Origin: an uncultured Clostridia bacterium
GTDB lineage: Bacteria > Bacillota > Clostridia > Christensenellales > CAG-917
Reading direction: 5' to 3'
DNA: 64,000 bases
Assembly: GCA_944363035.1 (NCBI GenBank)
Contig: CALVTS010000001.1
Span: forward strand, 64,691 to 128,690
Below the pieces are notes generated by a model, which made no database searches, was not told the DNA's origin, and saw only the letters and a list, made by a program, of their open reading frames with translations. The translations under genes were made by a program, and so were the position numbers. This document shows positions 9,608 to 18,617 of the stretch, one piece after another (within the stretch, counting starts at the first letter, position 1; every line of letters starts with the position of its first letter).

Positions 9608-10571
9608 TGCCTCCCTCCTTCACCGACGCGAGCAGGCGTTCCGCCTCCTCTCTCGCGCCCGAAATATTTTCAAAGATATCCGCCTCGTCGTTTTCTCCCA
9701 ACGCGGCGTTGACCGCGCTCACCGCGTCGGCGTCAAGGCTGTCGGAATACACTCTTTTCAGACGCCCGTCGGAGGATATCTCCGCCACGGCGCGCTCCCC
9801 GAACAAAGTGACCGGCACGCGTTTCGAGCCCTTTTCCTTCCTGCCGTATCTCCACTCCTCGCGGGAGAAGAAGCCCGTCCATCGCATGATCTTCTCGGCG
9901 CCGATCGCGACGGGAGAAAGCGCCGAGACCTCCGCCCCGGGACGCGCCGCGAAAAACGCCTCTTTGAGAGCGGCGGCGACCCTTTCCGCAGAGACGCCTT
10001 CTAATATATCCCTCAAAGAGGTCACCCGCGAAGCCACGCTACGCACTCCTTTGCCCGCAAACTTTTCGTCGGGAGGGGTGAGGAATCTTGCCACTCTTTC
10101 GGGAGATGTGGAGACCAGTATCGTGCCGTGATGAAGCTCCGTCCCTCCCCTCTTATAGTAGGCGTTGCCCCCCAGCTTCCCTCCCTCGAACATGAGGTCG
10201 TTCCTGCCGCCGAGCTCCGCCCCGACTCCGAGGGAGGAGAGCGCGGATATCACCGTCGAATAGCCCTCTTCGCGGGAAAAGGCGCCCTCGCGGTATACAA
10301 AACTGAAATTGAGGTTGCCGAGATCGTGCCACACCGCTCCGCCGCCCGACGTCCTGCGCGCAAGCAGACCGCCCTCGCTTTCGAGAGCGTTCACGTCGCA
10401 TTCGGCGTAGGCGTCCTGATTGCGCCCTATGACGACGCAATCGGAGTTGCGCCAAAGATAGAGCGCGATCTCATCCTCCTTCACGGTCTCTGCGATCGCC
10501 GCCTCTATCGCCTGATTGACAAACACGTTGTCACCGGCGCTTTCCGAAACGAGAAGTCTGCCGACGTCCAT
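9600..10571 (-). CDS. lplA: lipoate-protein ligase A
   Basis: LYLWRNSDCVVIGRNQDAYAECD...ARRTSGGGAVWHDLGNLNFSF, typical of the LplA catalytic domain. First gene of the gcv operon. Confidence 0.88.
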   Translation of the reverse strand: MDVGRLLVSESAGDNVFVNQAIEAAIAETVKEDEIALYLWRNSDCVVIGRNQDAYAECDVNALESEGGLLARRTSGGGAVWHDLGNLNFSFVYREGAFSREEGYSTVISALSSLGVGAELGGRNDLMFEGGKLGGNAYYKRGGTELHHGTILVSTSPERVARFLTPPDEKFAGKGVRSVASRVTSLRDILEGVSAERVAAALKEAFFAARPGAEVSALSPVAIGAEKIMRWTGFFSREEWRYGRKEKGSKRVPVTLFGERAVAEISSDGRLKRVYSDSLDADAVSAVNAALGENDEADIFENISGAREEAERLLASVKEGGIV

Positions 10572-10656
10572 AAAATAAGTATATAACGCTTATCGTACAT
10601 AATCAAGTGCGGAATTTCTCGTACGGGCGGATATCCCGCGTTTTTTTTCGGAGGAG

Positions 10657-10686
10657 ACAAAAAATATCCGCCGACTGTGTCGGCGG
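10657..10686 (-). terminator. rho-independent terminator after the P-II/DUF1538 operon
   Basis: Minus strand: CCGCCGAC, ACA loop, GTCGGCGG, followed by ATATTTTTTGT. Confidence 0.7.
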
Positions 10687-10726
10687 ACATCCGTATGCTC
10701 TCTTTCGGTTTCGATGTCGGCGGGGT

Positions 10727-11059
10727 TCACTCCTCTTCTCCCCGCTCGTCGATGCCCATAGTGACGCCCAGCACGCTGTCCACGGGCAGGGTGAAACAGA
10801 TCCCCGCGCCCGCGGTGTTGAGCCCCGCTTTCGCGACCACCGCGCGCATGATATCGGCACACTTCTCCTCGGGAGAGAGTATGAGCACCACCTCCTTCTC
10901 GGGCTGGACGGCGATGCCGAACGCCTTTTCCGCCTCCCGCGCGCCCGCTCCGCGAGCGTTGAGCAAAGTGCCTCCCGTCGCGCCGGCGCTCCTTGCCGCG
11001 TCCATAGCGGCGGTCTCGAAACCTCTGTTGACTATGCTGACTATAAGCCTGTAACTCAT
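10727..11059 (-). CDS. P-II family (GlnB-like fold) regulatory protein
   Basis: 110 aa. The beta-alpha-beta pattern IVSIVNRGFETAAMDAARSAGATGGTLLNARG...VVLILSPEEKCADIMRAVVAKAG...GICFTLPVDSVLGV parallels GlnB. ATGA overlap with the preceding P-II-like gene. Confidence 0.75.
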   Translation of the reverse strand: MSYRLIVSIVNRGFETAAMDAARSAGATGGTLLNARGAGAREAEKAFGIAVQPEKEVVLILSPEEKCADIMRAVVAKAGLNTAGAGICFTLPVDSVLGVTMGIDERGEEE

Positions 11060-11400
11060 ACTTTCACCTCCCCTGCGGGCATCCCCGCAAGCAACGCAAG
11101 CGTGGCGGGTCCCCCCACGCTCCTGACAGGCACCGTGAAGGCAATGCCCGTGTTCTTTTCCTCAAACGCGAACTTCTCTTTCAGGACGGAATACAACGCG
11201 GGCACATCCTCCTCCCGCGCCGTCCCGATGAGGAGGACTTTCTCTGTCTCCCCCGTGCCCATGAGTTCCGAAAGCGCGGTGGGAGCCGTCCCCGTCCCCG
11301 GCATGGCTTGCGGATGACGCAACCCTGCCTCGGCGAGAGCTCTGAGAGCCTTTTCCGCCTTTGCCTTGTCCAGGATGACGAACATCAGTTTCAGTCTCAC
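11056..11400 (-). CDS. P-II-like protein (second copy)
   Basis: 114 aa. LMFVILDKAKAEKALRALAEAG...VLLIGTAREEDVPALYSVLKEKF...GIAFTVPVRSVGG. GTG start directly after the DUF1538 stop, with GGAGG 5 nt upstream. Confidence 0.7.
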   Translation of the reverse strand: MRLKLMFVILDKAKAEKALRALAEAGLRHPQAMPGTGTAPTALSELMGTGETEKVLLIGTAREEDVPALYSVLKEKFAFEEKNTGIAFTVPVRSVGGPATLALLAGMPAGEVKV

Positions 11401-12924
11401 TCAAACCTCCGCATCCAGCTCTATTATCTCGCCTTCGCGGGCGAGCAGAGCCCTGTATTGTTCTGCCGCGACGCGGGACGCCGCAGTCTTCTTGACCTTG
11501 TAGACCAATCCCATGACCTGTATCGCGACAAGTGGGGTCATGGCGACGAACGCCACCGTCCCGAATGCGTCGTTGATGATGGAACCGCCGAGCTCTGCGG
11601 TGGCTCCCATCGCAAACGGGAGCAGGAAGGTCGCCGTCATGGGTCCCGACGCCACTCCGCCTGAATCGAACGCTATCGCGGTGAATATCTTGGGCACGAA
11701 GAAGGAGAGCGCGAGCGCCACGACGTACACGGGCAGGATGATCCACCATATGGATATCCCCGTCGCCACGCGCACCATGCTGAGCGCAACGGCGATCGCC
11801 ATGGAGATGACGAACACGGCAAGCATATTCTTCCTGCTTATCGCGCCGCCCGTTATCTGCTCCACCTGTCTGTTGAGGACGTGCACGGCGGGTTCGGCAA
11901 GCACGATGAGAGAGCCGACGAGCGCGCCTATCGGGATGACCAGCCATCTGCTCACTCCCGCCACCGCGCCGCCTATGAAAGTGCCCGCCTGCATGAATCC
12001 GACATTCACTCCCGCAAGAAAGAGGGTGAGCCCTATATAGGTGTACACCGCACCGATGAGCATCCTTAAAAGGCTTTTAACGGGCAGTTTCAGCATGGTA
12101 AACTGGAAGAACAGAAAAACAGCGATTATCGGCGCAAGCGCGATACCCACTTCTTCGAGGTATACGGGCAGGGCTTTGAGATAGGTCATGACCACTTCGC
12201 CGAACCCCGAAAACGAGGTGAGGACGCTCGCCTCCGCCTGCGCGTCCGTCTTGTAGACCATACCGAGGATGAGCACCGCGATGATGGGACCCACAGAGCA
12301 TATCCCCACCATGCCGAAGCTGTCCTCCTGAGAGCGCGATCCGCCGACCGCACCGGAAATGCCCACGCCCAGCGCGAGTATGAAAGGCACGGTGATGGGA
12401 CCCGTCGTCACTCCGCCCGAATCGAAGGAGAGGGGGACGTAGCCCTCAGCCACGAACGCCGCCATCACGAACACCACCGCATAGAGCGCGATGAGAAGGG
12501 CGTTGAGGCGCACTTTCAGCAGTATCCTCAGCACCGCCACCACCATGAATACGCCCACGCCCGCGCCCACGCACGCGATGAGCACGATGTTGGGGATGCT
12601 CCCTATCTGAGTCGCGAGCACGGTGAGATCGGGTTCCGCCACCGTCACCACCACGCCCACCACGAACGCCACGATGAGGATGAACCACACCTTGCGGGTG
12701 GAAGTGACTTTCGCGCCTATGTGCTCTCCCGCAGGCTCCATGAATATGTTGCTGCCGAGAGTATAAAGAGCCATGCCGAAGATGAGAAGCACCGCGCCGA
12801 CCGCAAAGGACGCCAGATTGAGCGCGGGCATACTCCCCAACGCGAAGTTGAGGATGAGCACCAACGCCGTGATCGGCAGGACGGCGACAGCCGCCTCTTT
12901 GAGTTTGAGCGCGAAATTCTTCAT
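11401..12924 (-). CDS. DUF1538-type polytopic membrane protein (two fused repeats)
   Basis: ORF trimmed to MKNFALKLKEAAVAVLPITALVL, preceded by GGAGGGAG. About 507 aa and highly hydrophobic, with the internal duplication FDSGGVTTGPITVPFILALGVG / FDSGGVASGPMTATFLLPFAMG. Confidence 0.8.
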   Translation of the reverse strand: MKNFALKLKEAAVAVLPITALVLILNFALGSMPALNLASFAVGAVLLIFGMALYTLGSNIFMEPAGEHIGAKVTSTRKVWFILIVAFVVGVVVTVAEPDLTVLATQIGSIPNIVLIACVGAGVGVFMVVAVLRILLKVRLNALLIALYAVVFVMAAFVAEGYVPLSFDSGGVTTGPITVPFILALGVGISGAVGGSRSQEDSFGMVGICSVGPIIAVLILGMVYKTDAQAEASVLTSFSGFGEVVMTYLKALPVYLEEVGIALAPIIAVFLFFQFTMLKLPVKSLLRMLIGAVYTYIGLTLFLAGVNVGFMQAGTFIGGAVAGVSRWLVIPIGALVGSLIVLAEPAVHVLNRQVEQITGGAISRKNMLAVFVISMAIAVALSMVRVATGISIWWIILPVYVVALALSFFVPKIFTAIAFDSGGVASGPMTATFLLPFAMGATAELGGSIINDAFGTVAFVAMTPLVAIQVMGLVYKVKKTAASRVAAEQYRALLAREGEIIELDAEV

Positions 12925-13143
12925 TCTCCCTCCGACGGCGGCGCGACCGCGCCGCAAAACGCCGCAATAAAACAAATAACTACTTAAAATGATTTTATGG
13001 CAGAAACATTAAAAGAACATTATTTCTGCGACAAAAATATCTCTTTCCGTACATCCGTACATCGGAGAAAACGCCTCATGTCGGTAAGCATGCCGGAACG
13101 GAATAAGGCGTGTCGTATACTACGGCGCAGCTCCCGAAGAGCG

Positions 13144-14094
13144 TCAATCCGATATGCTCTTCACAAAAAATCCCAGCGAAAGGTCGTTGACCCGCTTTGA
13201 TTCCTCCCACTCGTATCGGACTATGTTGTAGACATGGCGGAGCTTTCTCGTCTCCTCGGCGGCGGGCACGAAATCGAAGAGGAACTTCTCGCATCTGCCC
13301 TCCCTTTCCAGCTCGGCAAAGAGGTCGGACAGAAGCAGACTGTGACGGGAGTATACATCGCGCTCACAGCCTATCAGCATGACGTACGGGAAGCGCACTC
13401 CGCGGGAATACTGCGTGAACGCGGAAAAGTCGTATATATCGTTGTCGCGGGGGTGCGCGCCGAACATCAGCTTCTCGAAAACGCGTTGTACCGCCCCGCC
13501 GCCCTTTGCGGGCTTGCCCTCGGCGTCCAACAGCACGGAGTGCACCTCGCACACGGGATGGCTCATGACGAGACATCTCACCGTCATATCGGGAGGCGTC
13601 ACGCCGTAGCGCGCCGCAAGCTCCGGCGACAGCATCACAGAAAGCGCGAGAGAGGAAAGATGTCCGCCCGCAGAGTCCCCCGACAGCATGACGCGTCCGA
13701 CGTCCGCGCCCAGCTCCTCCTTATGGTCGCAGATAAAACCCATGGACGCGATGACATCCTGCACCTGCTCTTTCAGGGTGACGTCGGGCATGAGTCTGTA
13801 CCCCATCCCCACCACGCAAAACCCTTTGGAGGCGAGATACATACAGTAATAAGCGTTGAGGTCCTTGTCGCCGTAAGCCCATGCCCCGCCGTGCACGTTG
13901 ACGATGAGAGGAAGAGTCCCGCTCTCCCCTTCGGGACGATACACGTTGAGTTTGTGCATGGGGTCGCCGTCATCGAGATAGACGTACTCCCTCACGCTCA
14001 CTCCGGGAGGAGGGGTCTGACTCGCGATACGCGCCCTGTCATGCCTTCCGGTATCCCATCTCATATATGCCACGGCAAGTTTTCCTATGCACAT
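13144..14094 (-). CDS. alpha/beta hydrolase (HSL-type esterase/lipase)
   Basis: ORF 13144..14616 trimmed to MCIGKLAVAY. Motifs VNVHGGAWAYGD and LSGDSAGGHL (nucleophile elbow). The upstream part of the listed ORF overlaps the MBL gene and is R/G-rich. Confidence 0.85.
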   Translation of the reverse strand: MCIGKLAVAYMRWDTGRHDRARIASQTPPPGVSVREYVYLDDGDPMHKLNVYRPEGESGTLPLIVNVHGGAWAYGDKDLNAYYCMYLASKGFCVVGMGYRLMPDVTLKEQVQDVIASMGFICDHKEELGADVGRVMLSGDSAGGHLSSLALSVMLSPELAARYGVTPPDMTVRCLVMSHPVCEVHSVLLDAEGKPAKGGGAVQRVFEKLMFGAHPRDNDIYDFSAFTQYSRGVRFPYVMLIGCERDVYSRHSLLLSDLFAELEREGRCEKFLFDFVPAAEETRKLRHVYNIVRYEWEESKRVNDLSLGFFVKSISD

Positions 14095-14096
14095 AT

Positions 14097-14912
14097 TCAC
14101 CTCACCTGACCCGGGAACGCCCACACCGTGATCTTCCCCGCCCCGCCGTATTTCCCGACGTGCACGAGGATGGGCTCTTCCGCGCCTTTGAGTTTTATTT
14201 TTTTGCAGTTCTCGGGGTTTACATCCCGCAAAGCGGCGACAAAACCCTCGATAAAGCCGATTTCGAGCGGTTTTCGAGAGTGGGATATCCACATCTCGCG
14301 GTAGGATATCAGCGAGGGGGAAAGCCTCTCCCAACGCTCGGCGTATCCCGCGGTCGTGGAGGCTGCGTCGGTGAACAGCCATTGCGCTCGTCCGATCGCG
14401 TCCCCGGTGAAAAGCAGCTTCTCCTTTTCGTCCGCAAAGATGACGCTCCCCTCGGTATGCCCCGGGCAGTCTATCCTGCGCACCACCCTGCCGCCGAGGT
14501 CTATGCTCGCGCCGAGAGGAGAATATCTCTCCTCGCCCGTAACTACGGTGTAGAGTTTTTCCAGCTTCCCGACGAGGGGACGGAGCAAGGGCGAACTCTC
14601 CCGATACGCCGCGCAAAGGGACGCCACCATGTCGTTGGAGGGGATGCCGCGCTCGGGCAGATCCCCCTCCCCGAGCAACACTTCTTCAAAGAACTTGTTG
14701 CCGTTGCTGTGGTCGGGATGCAGGTGGGTGTTGACTACGACGAGAGGTAGCGAGGTGAGCTTCTTCACCTTTTTCAAAAGCGACTTTTTGCCGTAGCCCG
14801 TGTCGATGAGGAGGGCGCGCTCGCCGCCCAAAAGCAAAAACTGACTGACGCCCAAAAGGGTGTCCGTCAGCATATAGGTGTCTCTTGCGATACGCTTTGC
14901 GGCGGTGCCCAT
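14097..14912 (-). CDS. MBL-fold metallo-hydrolase
   Basis: Trimmed to MGTAAKRIARDTYML, preceded by GGGAGGGAAG. Motifs VVNTHLHPDHSNGN (HxHxDH) and CPGHTEGSV. Confidence 0.88.
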   Translation of the reverse strand: MGTAAKRIARDTYMLTDTLLGVSQFLLLGGERALLIDTGYGKKSLLKKVKKLTSLPLVVVNTHLHPDHSNGNKFFEEVLLGEGDLPERGIPSNDMVASLCAAYRESSPLLRPLVGKLEKLYTVVTGEERYSPLGASIDLGGRVVRRIDCPGHTEGSVIFADEKEKLLFTGDAIGRAQWLFTDAASTTAGYAERWERLSPSLISYREMWISHSRKPLEIGFIEGFVAALRDVNPENCKKIKLKGAEEPILVHVGKYGGAGKITVWAFPGQVR

Positions 14913-15124
14913 ACTTCCCTCCCGACTACTCTTTTCATACGGATTATAACCTTTATCCCCCGTTTTTGTCAATGAGTGGCTCGGAGCATACGCAGGTATG
15001 ACATAGCCGCAAAAGGCAGGATGCAAACAAGACCGCGCCCTGAGGCGCGGCAATACACATAAGGCTCGGGGGACCGCCGCGCGCGGCAGTCCCCGTCGTC
15101 TTTCTCCCCATTCTTTACCGAGAG

Positions 15125-15898
15125 TCACATCCCCTCGAACAACATCTCTCTCGCCGAGTTGAGCGCGTTGAACAGCCTCGGGATGCCCATATACGGCATG
15201 GCGTGCACCAGCGCGCACACCACCTCCTCACGGCTGTTGCCCGCTTTCATCGCGCCCGCGACGTGGGACCTCACCTGCACCTCGGTCCCGCCCATAGCGG
15301 CGAGCATGACCACGGTGAGGAGCTCTCTCTCCTTTGTCACGAGCCCTTTGCGGGAGGCAAAGTCGCCGAAACACAATTCCGTCAGAAAGCGCGGCACCGC
15401 ATCCGAAAACTCGGCGGGCAGACCCGCATATCTTTGCTTTATCTCGTCGCCGTAAAGCTCCGTCTGCGCCGCAAGCCCTTTCTTGAAGCGATCTTCCTCC
15501 GTCACGGTGGCGGCATCTTCGAGGGGCAAAGATATCCCCCTCTCCTCAAACGCCTCATTCATGGCGGCGATGGCGTTCAGCGTCTTGGGAAAGCCTATGA
15601 AAGGCGCGCATTGATACACCGTCTCCCTCACTTCGAGAGGGCTCGCTCCTATGTTGAGGCACGCCGCCGTGTGCGCTTTTAGCTGTGGCAACGCCTGCAC
15701 GACCGCAAGCACGGTCAGGGTGACGAGCTCCCTCATCCTGTCGTCGAGAGACCCCGTGTAGCTCACCTCGCCGAAAATGAACCTTTGCAGGATGCGCATG
15801 AATTCCGGGTCCCGTCCCTCGTTGCGCACGGGCTCCGACAAAAAGAGTTTTTTCACCTTTTCTCTGCATTTTTCCGTCCTGTTTTTTTCCGTTTCCAT
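15125..15898 (-). CDS. carboxymuconolactone decarboxylase (CMD/AhpD-like) family protein, two domains
   Basis: 257 aa. Two CMD-like repeats (LVTLTVLAVVQALPQLKAHTAACLNIGASPLEVRETVYQCAPFIGFPK and LLTVVMLAAMGGTEVQVRSHVAGAMKAGNSREEVVCALVHAMPYMGIPR). Confidence 0.8.
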   Translation of the reverse strand: METEKNRTEKCREKVKKLFLSEPVRNEGRDPEFMRILQRFIFGEVSYTGSLDDRMRELVTLTVLAVVQALPQLKAHTAACLNIGASPLEVRETVYQCAPFIGFPKTLNAIAAMNEAFEERGISLPLEDAATVTEEDRFKKGLAAQTELYGDEIKQRYAGLPAEFSDAVPRFLTELCFGDFASRKGLVTKERELLTVVMLAAMGGTEVQVRSHVAGAMKAGNSREEVVCALVHAMPYMGIPRLFNALNSAREMLFEGM

Positions 15899-16101
15899 GA
15901 CGCCGCCTCCTTTTCGAACGCGATCTCAGACATACCTAATGAAAAAGACCGCCTTTCACCCAAAATTATATCGGCAATGCCATGCCATGTCCAATATTTA
16001 TTTTTTATGCCATCCATGCCAGACAGGAATAATATCCCCCGTCAAGCGTAGCGCGAGCCTATCCTTCCCGCACCCGAAGCAGAGCGCATGGATAAATTCT
16101 C

Positions 16102-16129
16102 TTGCGTTCGGAGAATAATATGCTATAAT
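16102..16129 (+). promoter_or_regulatory. promoter for ssrA
   Basis: TTGCGT, 16-nt spacer, then TGC-TATAAT (extended -10), about 30 nt upstream of the mature tmRNA 5' end. Confidence 0.6.
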
Positions 16130-16159
16130 CTCTTTGCCTGCGTCGCGTACCCACGGCGT

Positions 16160-16522
16160 GGGGGTGTACCGGCTTCGACAGTCGGTTTGAGACGGGGTAA
16201 GCATGCCGCAGGCTCGTCTGCGTCAACAACGGAAATAAAAAATAAACGCGAAAAATACGCAAAAGAACTCCACCATGGAGTTCGCCCTCGCTGCATAATT
16301 TAGTCAGCGTGTCGCCCTCGGGTTTTCTGTTCCCCGAGCAAGCGGCATCATAAAAACAGACAACGCGGTCCCATCGCCCGGTAAGACCGCTGTCATCACG
16401 GGCTAGTCGATCCGAGGCTCGCCGCCGTGCCGAAGTGAGAGACCCCTAAACGTCGGATAAGCATGTAGAAATCACCGCCAACGGCCGGTTGGACCGGGGT
16501 TCAACTCCCCGCACCTCCACCA
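16160..16522 (+). ncRNA. ssrA: tmRNA (transfer-messenger RNA)
   Basis: 5' GGGGGUGUACCGGCUUCGACAG and 3' GGACCGGGGUUCAACUCCCCGCACCUCCACCA. 7-bp acceptor stem with a G3:U pair, T-arm and CCA encoded. The internal tag frame ends ...FALAA-TAA (tentative tag AKNTQKNSTMEFALAA). Confidence 0.95.
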
Positions 16523-16910
16523 CAAAAAGCGCTTGCTCTGCAAGCGCTTTTCTTGTCTGAGAGCGGGGAGTTTTACCTCTCGCTGACGCGATTTTACGCC
16601 CTGCGTGAACTCCGCACGCAGATCAGACGGCGCAAAATTCGCTATTCCGTCGCGCTTTGCGCTCCTTACGACTCCCCGCACCTCCACCACAAAAAGCGCT
16701 TGCTTTGCAAGCGCTTTTCTTGTCTGAGAGCGGGGAGTTTTACCTCTCGCTGACGCGATTCTTTGCCCCACCGAAAATTCTTTCGGCGGGGACCCCGATG
16801 TTTACCCCACCGAAAATTCTTTCGGCGGGGACCCCGAGGCGCCCTGCGTGAACTCCGCACGCAGATCGTATGGCGCAGAATACGCTATTCCGTCGCGCTT
16901 TGCGCCGCAA
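16504..16910. repeat. nested direct-repeat block including a duplicated tmRNA 3' end
   Basis: A: 16504-16593 equals 16671-16760 (90 nt, 1 mismatch; the last 19 nt of ssrA plus its terminator and 40 nt beyond). B: 16598-16662 approximately equals 16841-16905 (hairpin CTGCGTG/CACGCAG). C: 16766-16798 equals 16805-16837 (tandem, hairpin CCGAAA/TTTCGG). Order is A-B-A-C-C-B. Confidence 0.9.
16527..16555 (+). terminator. rho-independent terminator of ssrA
   Basis: AAGCGCTTG, ctctg loop, CAAGCGCTT, then TTTCTT. Confidence 0.8.
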
Positions 16911-16980
16911 TGCACACGGGGCAGGCAGTTTGAAAAACAGTAGCCGTATGAGATCGGCTCCCTGTCGGTGGCGGGGAGGG

Positions 16981-17823
16981 TCACGGGGTGGAGGGGGTGG
17001 AGGGATAGAGAGCGGCGAGGAGGGAGGAGACGCGTTGACGGGTGAGGGGGTGGATGGCGTTGGGTGCGAGCTCGGCGAGGGGGGCGAGGACGAACTCGCG
17101 TTTGGTCATCTCGGGATGCGGGAGGATGAGATCCCCCTCCCCTCTCGTCTCGTTGCCGAAGATGAGGATGTCGAGGTCGAGGGTCCTGTCACCCCAATGC
17201 AGGTCGCGCGTTCTGTCGCACTCGTTTTCGATGCGGCGGATGAGGCGGAGCAAGCCGTCCGCGTCGTGCAGGGTGACCACTTGCAATGCGGAATTGAGGA
17301 ACTCGTTTTGCGCCGCGCCGCCGTAGGGAGCGGTGCGGATGCGGCGGCTCTCCCTGACGGAAAGCACGAGCCTGTCCTCCGAAAGGAGGCGCACCGCCTT
17401 GTCCATATACGCGTCCCTGTCACCTATGCTCGACCCCATGCCGAGATACGCGGTGGTACGCCTGACCTCTGCGCGCACGGCGACGGAGCGGAACACCCCT
17501 TTCATGGGCGCGTCGGGCTTGTCAACGGTGACCTCCGCGCGAGCGAACGCGGGGAAAGAGAGCATGATCTCTCTTGCGAGAGAGAGCGCGAGGCACTCCA
17601 ACAGATTTTTGCTTTCCCGACACAAAAAGGCTTTTATCAGCTTGCAAACGGCGGCATAACTGACGGTTTTGTCAATATCGTCGCATTCTGCGGCTTGCGT
17701 GAGATCGAGGTCCAACACAGCCGAGACCAAGAATCTCTGCGCATCCGTCTTTTCTTCGGGGTTGACGCCGTGGCAGGCAGTCACTTCGTAATCGCGGATC
17801 AAGATGCTTCCGTTCACGCTCAT
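16981..17823 (-). CDS. folB-folK: bifunctional dihydroneopterin aldolase / 2-amino-4-hydroxy-6-hydroxymethyldihydropteridine diphosphokinase
   Basis: N-terminal FolB-like region (ILIRDYEVTACHGVNPEEK...DDIDKTVSYAAV). C-terminal HPPK region (AYLGMGSSIGDRD...RTAPYGG...WGDRTLDLDILIFGN...LILPHPEM). Confidence 0.88.
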   Translation of the reverse strand: MSVNGSILIRDYEVTACHGVNPEEKTDAQRFLVSAVLDLDLTQAAECDDIDKTVSYAAVCKLIKAFLCRESKNLLECLALSLAREIMLSFPAFARAEVTVDKPDAPMKGVFRSVAVRAEVRRTTAYLGMGSSIGDRDAYMDKAVRLLSEDRLVLSVRESRRIRTAPYGGAAQNEFLNSALQVVTLHDADGLLRLIRRIENECDRTRDLHWGDRTLDLDILIFGNETRGEGDLILPHPEMTKREFVLAPLAELAPNAIHPLTRQRVSSLLAALYPSTPSTP

Positions 17824-17831
17824 ATCCTCTC

Positions 17832-18617
17832 CTATCGGCGGCGGGCGAGAGCCCTTATCGCCATCAGATTTTCTTTGACGTCGTGTACGCGCACAAACAG
17901 CACGCCCATCCTCGCCGCGTCCGCGCTGGTGCGCATGGTCGCCGTGAGCCTGTTTTCGGGCTCGCCGCCGAGGAATGACTTTCTGGACGCGCCCAGAAGC
18001 AAAGGATAGCCCGTCGCCGCAAGGAGGTCATAATGCTCCAACAAAAATCTGTCCTCCTCCGCTCCGCGGTTGAACCCGATGCCGCCGTCCAGGATGATGT
18101 GCTCGGGAGGAACGCCCGCGCGCACCGCCTTTGCCGCGGCGGCGGAGAGTCCCGTGAGTTTGTCCGTCATAAGGTCGGCGACCGTGCTATGCCGTCTGTC
18201 GTGCATGATGCACAGCGACGCGCCGTATCTTGCCACTACTTCCGCCATCCCGGCATAGCGCAGGCAGGACACGTCGTTTATCATATCGGCGCCGGCGCCG
18301 AGAGCCGCCTCTGCGACTTCGGGATAGAACGTATCCACCGAAAGCGGCGCGTCGGTCGCGGCGCGTACTCTTTCCAAGGCGGGCAAAAGCAAACTCATCT
18401 CTTCCAGGGCGCTCACGGTCGCGGCGCCGGGACGAGTGGATTGCGCGCCGATATCCAGAATCTCGGCGCCGTCCGCCGTCATCTCGACGGCGCGTGCCGC
18501 GATATCCTCCCTCGTGACGCGGCTAGCCGCCCAAAAGGAATCGGACGTGACGTTGAGGATGCCCATGACGTGCGTCCCCTCGCAGAAAGTCCTGCCGCGC
18601 ACCGAAAAAGCGTTCAT
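17832..18617 (-). CDS. folP: dihydropteroate synthase
   Basis: VMGILNVTSDSFWAAS...AEILDIGAQSTRPGA...INDVS...GIGFNRG, canonical DHPS motifs. Confidence 0.92.
   Translation of the reverse strand: MNAFSVRGRTFCEGTHVMGILNVTSDSFWAASRVTREDIAARAVEMTADGAEILDIGAQSTRPGAATVSALEEMSLLLPALERVRAATDAPLSVDTFYPEVAEAALGAGADMINDVSCLRYAGMAEVVARYGASLCIMHDRRHSTVADLMTDKLTGLSAAAAKAVRAGVPPEHIILDGGIGFNRGAEEDRFLLEHYDLLAATGYPLLLGASRKSFLGGEPENRLTATMRTSADAARMGVLFVRVHDVKENLMAIRALARRR

Noticed and set aside
10572-10726. Expected glycine riboswitch upstream of the gcv operon
   Set aside because: The minus-strand sequence has no GGAGAG...CACCGAAGGGGCAA-type cores. It contains only the terminator of the preceding operon and an AT-rich stretch.
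14095-14616. N-terminal extension of ORF 13144..14616
   Set aside because: It overlaps the MBL hydrolase gene in another frame and is R/G-rich. The esterase starts at MCIGK (14094), 2 nt after the MBL stop.
16472-16984. ORFs listed over the tmRNA-downstream repeats (e.g. 16472..16771 -, 16657..16851 +)
   Set aside because: They overlap the tmRNA 3' end and terminator. Their internally repeated peptides come from the DNA repeats and they have no RBS.
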